Both the position numbers and the translations under genes were made by a program. From NCBI GenBank assembly GCA_025612375.1, contig JAAXKN010000001.1, forward strand, positions 40,669 to 104,668: a stretch of DNA of 64,000 nt, in the 5' to 3' direction. Positions 58,638 to 64,000 of this stretch are shown piece by piece. This DNA is from Ignavibacteria bacterium. Its GTDB lineage: Bacteria; Bacteroidota; Ignavibacteria; Ignavibacteriales; SURF-24. The notes beneath the pieces were generated by a model that was not told the DNA's origin, did no database searches, and saw only the letters and a program-made list of their open reading frames with translations. Each line of letters starts with the position of its first letter. Position 1 is the first letter of the stretch.

Positions 58638-60689
58638 TTATTTGATCAGGGACATTTTACGGCTGTATGTATACTGCCCTGCTTTCAGCCTGTAGACATA
58701 CATTCCGGAGGGCAGCCTGCTACCATCAAAGCTTACAGAATACCGGCCTGCCGGCTTATATTCCCTTACAAGAGTCAGTACTTCTCTTCCCAGCAGGTCG
58801 AACACTTTCAGCTCAACCATAGATTCCTTTGGTATTTGGAATGTAATCATGGTTGTAGGGTTAAAAGGGTTCGGATAATTCTGTAAAAGCTTATATTCTT
58901 TCATCTGAGCGGCACTTAAATCCAAACCTGACATCCCAAGCTTCTTTCTAAGAAGAGCTGAAAATTTCTCGGGCGTAACAACTTCAATGTTATTTCCTGT
59001 AGTAGGATCAGACTTTAAGATATTTACAAGCTGAAGAAGTCTTCCCACAGAAATATCTGCGTTTTCAGGATCTGTACGGCCAACAAAATCATCCTGCCTC
59101 AGTCTCTGGTATCCCGCAAGCATAAAGCAAGGTTTAGTTTTTGTTTTAAGCGCATTCAGTATCCTGGAGGCTGCAGCGCCAAGGCTGCTTACGTCACCGT
59201 AAAATGTACCATCATCAGAATGATTAAAAAGCAATCCCCCGAAATTCAAATATGGGGTTTGTGTTGAGAGCTTTGGGTCGAAGACAAATGTAAGGCCGGC
59301 ATTAATGGCCCTTTCATATTCGCCAAGCCTGTAGAAATCGAAGCTGTTATCCAGCATTTTGCCGCGGTATGAATATGTGTATGCCCCGTTTGCATAATGC
59401 TTGTATGCGTAAACGTTATTAACATTAAACTTGTTCATTAGAAAAGCCGCAGAATCCACCGCGGTTTTCCAGACTTCCTGCGGGAACAGGTCCGGATAAG
59501 CATATCCCATCGGGGATGTGACGCTGATGAATCCGTCATTTGCCGTGGCTGTTTCAGAATAATAGGAGGCAACAAACGGGCATTCATTCATCAGTTCAAG
59601 GTTCCATCCCCATCCAACCGGCACCTTTCCCCTGTCGGAAGAGAGCCAGGCACCCGACTGGAAGCCGAAGTTCCAGTTTCCGGCATCCCCCTCGGTTCCG
59701 ATAAAGAGAAGGTAATATTTGTCCGAAAGCCTGAGTGTATCCGGATTTACAAGGGAGGCTCTTTTGTATTCCGTTTGGGCTACACGAAAAGAGGAATGCC
59801 AGGACATATTGGACAATAAGGTCTCATGAAAGCTCGCGCCGAAGAATGCGAACCACTGTATTACGGGTTCCGGGGTCATCCAGCCGTAGATATGGAATAC
59901 TGTCTGAGGGTTCTTTGAATGCAAATATGTCAGTATCTGCTCCAGAATCTCAGCCCTTCTGTCGGGCAGAGTTTCAAATTTAGCGCTGTAGGGATCGGTA
60001 CCCGCCAGGTTAACCTGAAACATTTTTTTCTGGATTGTATAATCCGTTATTTCGCGTATATAAAGTTTTGAAGGATTGCACCTGGGCAGAAGGTTTTTAA
60101 TACCCCAGGAAACAATGTTAAGATACTTCTGTTCCTCGGAAAGGATAGAACTGTTCCATGGATTAATTGTGTTCTCCAGCCTGCCCGTCACATAAATATC
60201 AGGATCATTATCAAATGAGTCCTTTACAAGGACAGTGTCATTAAGCCCGAGGTTAAAGGCCAAAGCCTGGGTCTGTGTAACAGGCAGCCTGTCAGTCAAC
60301 CCTCCAAGCAGTGCCGCGTACTCCCCCTGCCACTGAAGGTTCTGGTACTGGAAGTTTGAGTAATACCGGTTCGCATCGTAGCTGATTCCCCCTTTAATAA
60401 AAGGGCGGAACCGGTCTATCAGTGCAGAAACGGACTTCAGTGTGTCAAAAGTGACATTCCCTCTTGTCCTGTAAATTTCAGCCCAATTTTCATCTGTTCC
60501 GGAGTAGTTCCAGGTTTCATAGACATTTAGGAGATAAAGTCTGGAAGAATCGCGGTTAACTATGCCGGCCAGGGTCTTTGCAATCAGTTTTTCCCATGCC
60601 TGTGCGCGGCTTCCGTCATAAAGGACTGCCTTATAGGGATATATGTGTGAACTAAAAAGGAAAAGAAATATAAAAATGGCTTTTTTCAT
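58638..60689 (-). CDS. GxGYxYP-family putative glycoside hydrolase with T9SS C-terminal domain
   Basis: The ATG at 60689 gives the signal peptide MKKAIFIFLFLF. SPMGYAYP is a near match to the GxGYxYP motif. NYPNPFNPTTMITFQIP CTD. The longer track ORF (to 60821) would overlap the upstream gene. Confidence 0.5.
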   Translation of the reverse strand: MKKAIFIFLFLFSSHIYPYKAVLYDGSRAQAWEKLIAKTLAGIVNRDSSRLYLLNVYETWNYSGTDENWAEIYRTRGNVTFDTLKSVSALIDRFRPFIKGGISYDANRYYSNFQYQNLQWQGEYAALLGGLTDRLPVTQTQALAFNLGLNDTVLVKDSFDNDPDIYVTGRLENTINPWNSSILSEEQKYLNIVSWGIKNLLPRCNPSKLYIREITDYTIQKKMFQVNLAGTDPYSAKFETLPDRRAEILEQILTYLHSKNPQTVFHIYGWMTPEPVIQWFAFFGASFHETLLSNMSWHSSFRVAQTEYKRASLVNPDTLRLSDKYYLLFIGTEGDAGNWNFGFQSGAWLSSDRGKVPVGWGWNLELMNECPFVASYYSETATANDGFISVTSPMGYAYPDLFPQEVWKTAVDSAAFLMNKFNVNNVYAYKHYANGAYTYSYRGKMLDNSFDFYRLGEYERAINAGLTFVFDPKLSTQTPYLNFGGLLFNHSDDGTFYGDVSSLGAAASRILNALKTKTKPCFMLAGYQRLRQDDFVGRTDPENADISVGRLLQLVNILKSDPTTGNNIEVVTPEKFSALLRKKLGMSGLDLSAAQMKEYKLLQNYPNPFNPTTMITFQIPKESMVELKVFDLLGREVLTLVREYKPAGRYSVSFDGSRLPSGMYVYRLKAGQYTYSRKMSLIK

Positions 60690-60723
60690 CTTTAGAAGTA
60701 TTGTGCATAAATGGTGAGACCGG

Positions 60724-62667
60724 TTATTTTGCAAGGAGCATCTTTTTTGTCTGGCTGAAATTTCCGGCAGTAAGGCGGTAAAAATAAACACCGCTGGAAA
60801 GACTGCCGGCGTTAAATTCAAGCTGGTGTGTGCCTGCAGGTAAATTTTCAGAAATCAGCGTTGTCACCTCTCTTCCAAGCATGTCAAAGACTTTCAGCGA
60901 TACGTTGCTGTCTGACGGTATGCTGTAACGTATCGTTGTGGAAGGATTAAACGGGTTCGGATAGTTGTTTTCAAGCCTGTAGTTATCAAGGACGGCTTTC
61001 CTTCCGGTCTTTTCTTCATCCTTTACGGAAGTTATAACAACATCCGGGGACAATTTCCTGTTGATCATTATCATTACCGCATCTGCAAGAATATATTTAC
61101 CGTTTTTAACGCCGCTGTTATCAAGTTTTACGGCCTTATGCAATCCTTTCTTCAGGAATACATCCTTCAGTTTATACCACCCTTTGTTTTGGCCCAGGGA
61201 CTGATTCACAACAACTTCAGAGGAATCATTTTCGGAATAAACTTTATAAGAGGCCTTATCCGAAAGCATGAGATTCGGTTCCACGTAGGCATAAACGCCG
61301 AACCATCCGTCATAAGGAACATTAATGTTATAGTTAAAAGATGCATAATTTGTATCGTTAGAAAGGTAGACGTTCGGTTTATAGCCTATTGCGCTGCTTA
61401 CTTCTTTTTTCCAGATGCCCTGCCTGAGAGTAAGTGAATCTTCATCCTCATTAACAATTATTGCCTTTGGGCGCCAGACTTTTCCGTTTCTGTAAGGAAG
61501 CAATGCGGGACTTGAATAAACAGTAGTCTTAAGTGTATCGCCATTCTTCTTATTCAGGTTTGCAATGCCTTCATAAAAGAAATATGTCTCCCCCATTATT
61601 CCCCTGGCACGGTTTTCTTTTACGCAGTTTACAATGTCTCCCGGAGTAATGACATAAGATCCAACCTTTGCAAGAACTCCGGAGAATGAAATATTCTTCT
61701 TTTCGGCTGAAATATCCTGCATTGTACGGTTTAGTATCCACTGATATTCCGAAAAGCTTCTTGCAGGAGGATTCGGATAAATCTGCGGAATAAAGTTATC
61801 CACTATGCCGTTATTGATCCAAGATGGTGAATCCTGCAGGTGGTCATTGTATCCCCAGTAGTAAGGGCTTGGTGCCGAAGAGAGTATAAGATTGCTGCTC
61901 CTGGTTTTCACGGAATCCCTCAGCCTTGAAAGGAACTGTGTCAGCTTGTCTGCGCGCCATTTTTTCCAGCCGCTGTCGTCATAGTTCAATGGAGGGGTAG
62001 AACCATTATGTTCTGCCTTATAGATTGAAACTGTCACGGAATCGTATCCCCCTTCAACTGGCAGAGCCGGGAGCCTGTCGTCACCCTGAATTCCATCAAG
62101 GTCATAGTTGTCCAGCATTTCAGAACAGAGAGAAATTATAAAATTCTGTACTTCAGGATTAATTCCGGACATCCAGACAAATCCCGTGTTAGGAGAGCTG
62201 CCGTCGGTTAAGATATTCCCGTTACTGAATCTGGATGCCCAGTATGGGAATTTGCTTATTATTGCGTCGCTGATTGAACCTGCGGCATAAGAGCTGGCAA
62301 AACCGTATTCCATCCATGGTATCACTTCAATACCGTTCCTGTGGGCTTCAATGACGAGTCTTTTTAATGGGTCCCTCCCGCTGCATTTGGGAGAAATGGA
62401 TCTGTTAAACATCTTTGACATTACCTGGCTCGGATAAAGAGTGTAGCCGTTATTCCACATAACAGGAAACACCACATTTATGCCGATGGAGGCCAGATAA
62501 TCCATCGCTTTTGCAATTGTTGCATCGTCATAAGTAAGGACGTCGCTGTCCACATTTGTAATCCAGACGCCCCTTAATTCCTCGTGCAGCGCCTGAGCAT
62601 TGCTGCTATTAAAAGCGGCTGCCGCAAAAAAAGCCATAAACAGAATCAGTATTGTTTTTTTCGCCAT
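60724..62667 (-). CDS. glycosyl-hydrolase-like family 10 (GHL10/DUF187, YngK-like) protein with T9SS C-terminal domain
   Basis: RGVWITNVDSDVL..DYLASIGINVVFPVMWNNGYTLYPS matches the GHL10 N-terminal pattern. NYPNPFNPSTTIRYSIP CTD. Confidence 0.6.
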   Translation of the reverse strand: MAKKTILILFMAFFAAAAFNSSNAQALHEELRGVWITNVDSDVLTYDDATIAKAMDYLASIGINVVFPVMWNNGYTLYPSQVMSKMFNRSISPKCSGRDPLKRLVIEAHRNGIEVIPWMEYGFASSYAAGSISDAIISKFPYWASRFSNGNILTDGSSPNTGFVWMSGINPEVQNFIISLCSEMLDNYDLDGIQGDDRLPALPVEGGYDSVTVSIYKAEHNGSTPPLNYDDSGWKKWRADKLTQFLSRLRDSVKTRSSNLILSSAPSPYYWGYNDHLQDSPSWINNGIVDNFIPQIYPNPPARSFSEYQWILNRTMQDISAEKKNISFSGVLAKVGSYVITPGDIVNCVKENRARGIMGETYFFYEGIANLNKKNGDTLKTTVYSSPALLPYRNGKVWRPKAIIVNEDEDSLTLRQGIWKKEVSSAIGYKPNVYLSNDTNYASFNYNINVPYDGWFGVYAYVEPNLMLSDKASYKVYSENDSSEVVVNQSLGQNKGWYKLKDVFLKKGLHKAVKLDNSGVKNGKYILADAVMIMINRKLSPDVVITSVKDEEKTGRKAVLDNYRLENNYPNPFNPSTTIRYSIPSDSNVSLKVFDMLGREVTTLISENLPAGTHQLEFNAGSLSSGVYFYRLTAGNFSQTKKMLLAK

Positions 62668-62770
62668 AAAACTTCCCGCTGAAATCTCCTTTGAATTGAA
62701 AAAAGGAAGGAAGACCTGTCTTCCTTCCTAAATAACGACTTTCCTTCTGAAGAAGAAACTTCAGAATCAT

Positions 62771-64000
62771 TTACTTAAGAAGAACCATTTTATTTGTTTT
62801 GACATATTTTTCTGTCTTTAAAGTATAGAAATATATGCCGTTTGACAAGTTCATTGCATTGAATTCAACTGTATGTTTTCCTGCCTGCACAAAGCCGTTG
62901 ACGAGCAGAGCGACTTCCTGTCCCAGACTGTTTGTAACGAAAATCTTTACGTTCATATCCTGCGGAAGCGAATAGCTGATCCTGGTTGCAGGATTAAAAG
63001 GATTGGGATAATTCTGATCCAGTTTGAAATCTGCCGGAGCGACACTGGCTTTCTTCACGTCAGAAGTCCCGTTGTTGAACTGGAAGACGCATCTCTGCCA
63101 TGCATCAATTACATAAGCGGTATTGTCATCAGAGGTAAATGCCACGTCGGCAGGTCCCGTCATCGGAGCACCGTTTGGGTCGGGCTGAGCCTTACTGCCT
63201 GAGGAAGGGAGCTCATCTACCTGAGTGGCATTGGCAGAAACTATGCCTGTTTCCACCTGAAAACCTTTTACCCATCTCCTGGTAGAATCTATACCTGCAA
63301 CCCAGAGTGTTCCCTTATTGTCGCAGGTGATGCCATAAGGAATTGAGCTGTTGAAACTCAAGTAGTTGTCGAGATCAACGACCCTTAAGGCAGTATAGTT
63401 CTGGTGGTTGGAGCTGACGGCTGCCTTATCGTACTGTGTTCCGCCCGTCCAGGAAGCAATTCCGCCATTCAGCTCACCAACAGCCTGTGAATTCCTTGAG
63501 GTATAGAAAGGTGTTTTGGGATCGAAGTAGTCACCATTTGGAATAACGGCACAGTCCCTGATTACGTCGAAACCTGCTGTTGAGGGGCCGCCAGGCTCTG
63601 CATTCTGATTATCGGGAGAAATATAGGCAGCAAAGCCAGCCAGCTTGGATTTTGTAGAAAAGTTGAATGCGCGAATGCCTTTTGTATAATCTGTGCCGGC
63701 AAAAACAATTGAATCTTTAGTTGCCGCAGCGCCCAGAACGAAAGTGCCCCATCCGGAAAGGTACGGGCTATAGCCATAGCGGGTTCCCTTGGATGTATCG
63801 CCGTCCAGGTAGTAGTAAGAACACGACTGTCCTCCCGGAGAGACAAAGTTATTTATCTTTCCTGAGACCAGGATATTATTTTTTATATGCGTAATTCCTA
63901 CCAGCATTTTAATATTTACCGTATCGCCTATTGCGGTATAATCGATCATCCTGGTCATAACTGTGTCTTTAGAATCCTTCAGGAAATAGATTGCATCGTG
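62771..64000 (-). CDS. secreted protein of unknown function with T9SS C-terminal domain (5' end outside the window)
   Basis: The frame stays open from 63958 to the window edge and no signal peptide is seen at MTRMIDY. NYPNPFNPATRISYSLP CTD. Confidence 0.55.
   Translation of the reverse strand, partial: HDAIYFLKDSKDTVMTRMIDYTAIGDTVNIKMLVGITHIKNNILVSGKINNFVSPGGQSCSYYYLDGDTSKGTRYGYSPYLSGWGTFVLGAAATKDSIVFAGTDYTKGIRAFNFSTKSKLAGFAAYISPDNQNAEPGGPSTAGFDVIRDCAVIPNGDYFDPKTPFYTSRNSQAVGELNGGIASWTGGTQYDKAAVSSNHQNYTALRVVDLDNYLSFNSSIPYGITCDNKGTLWVAGIDSTRRWVKGFQVETGIVSANATQVDELPSSGSKAQPDPNGAPMTGPADVAFTSDDNTAYVIDAWQRCVFQFNNGTSDVKKASVAPADFKLDQNYPNPFNPATRISYSLPQDMNVKIFVTNSLGQEVALLVNGFVQAGKHTVEFNAMNLSNGIYFYTLKTEKYVKTNKMVLLK

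Overview
The window looks like a chromosome segment from an FCB-group, Ignavibacteria-like bacterium. This is an inference from eight intact proteins plus one remnant that carry the NYPNPFNP-type T9SS C-terminal sorting domain. Positions 1-24.6 kb are housekeeping core: hbd-ackA, recQ, rhomboid, pgk, gap, a Crp/Fnr regulator, a PHP phosphoesterase, ribH, ABC-F, ROK kinase, rsmA, PAP2, ubiE and rdgB. The core ends at a tRNA-Ser(GCU) at 24561-24650. From there to about 45.4 kb the sequence is accessory and mosaic. The tRNA 3' end recurs four more times (33103, 36479, 37644 degraded, 39857), each copy with its own terminator hairpin, which indicates islands stacked in tandem at one att site. The tRNA-proximal island (24.65-33.12 kb) is very AT-rich and all its genes are on the minus strand. 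It appears intact, with two tyrosine recombinases, an excisionase-like HTH protein, a Rep_trans-like initiator, membrane and zinc-ribbon proteins (one with an in-frame TGA where a Cys is expected), a T5orf172/GIY-YIG-like protein, and a recurrent TCATAGAA motif. The distal segments carry a MazEF-like pair, T9SS cargo genes, a promoter-plus-CTD-only gene remnant, and a DUF4160/DUF2442 pair that behaves as a 652-bp indel. They also carry a lambda-like replication module: an O-like initiator with iteron-like repeats inside its own gene, plus a DnaB-like helicase. Positions 45.4-64 kb hold GNAT and SGNH enzymes, OM beta-barrels, a rex / 2Fe-2S ferredoxin / sensory [FeFe]-hydrogenase-like (HydS-type) / PP2C operon, a TonB-dependent receptor and a T9SS-secreted glycan-degradation cluster. 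No CRISPR array, rRNA or riboswitch was seen. All functional calls rest on motifs read by eye and need HMM or BLAST confirmation.
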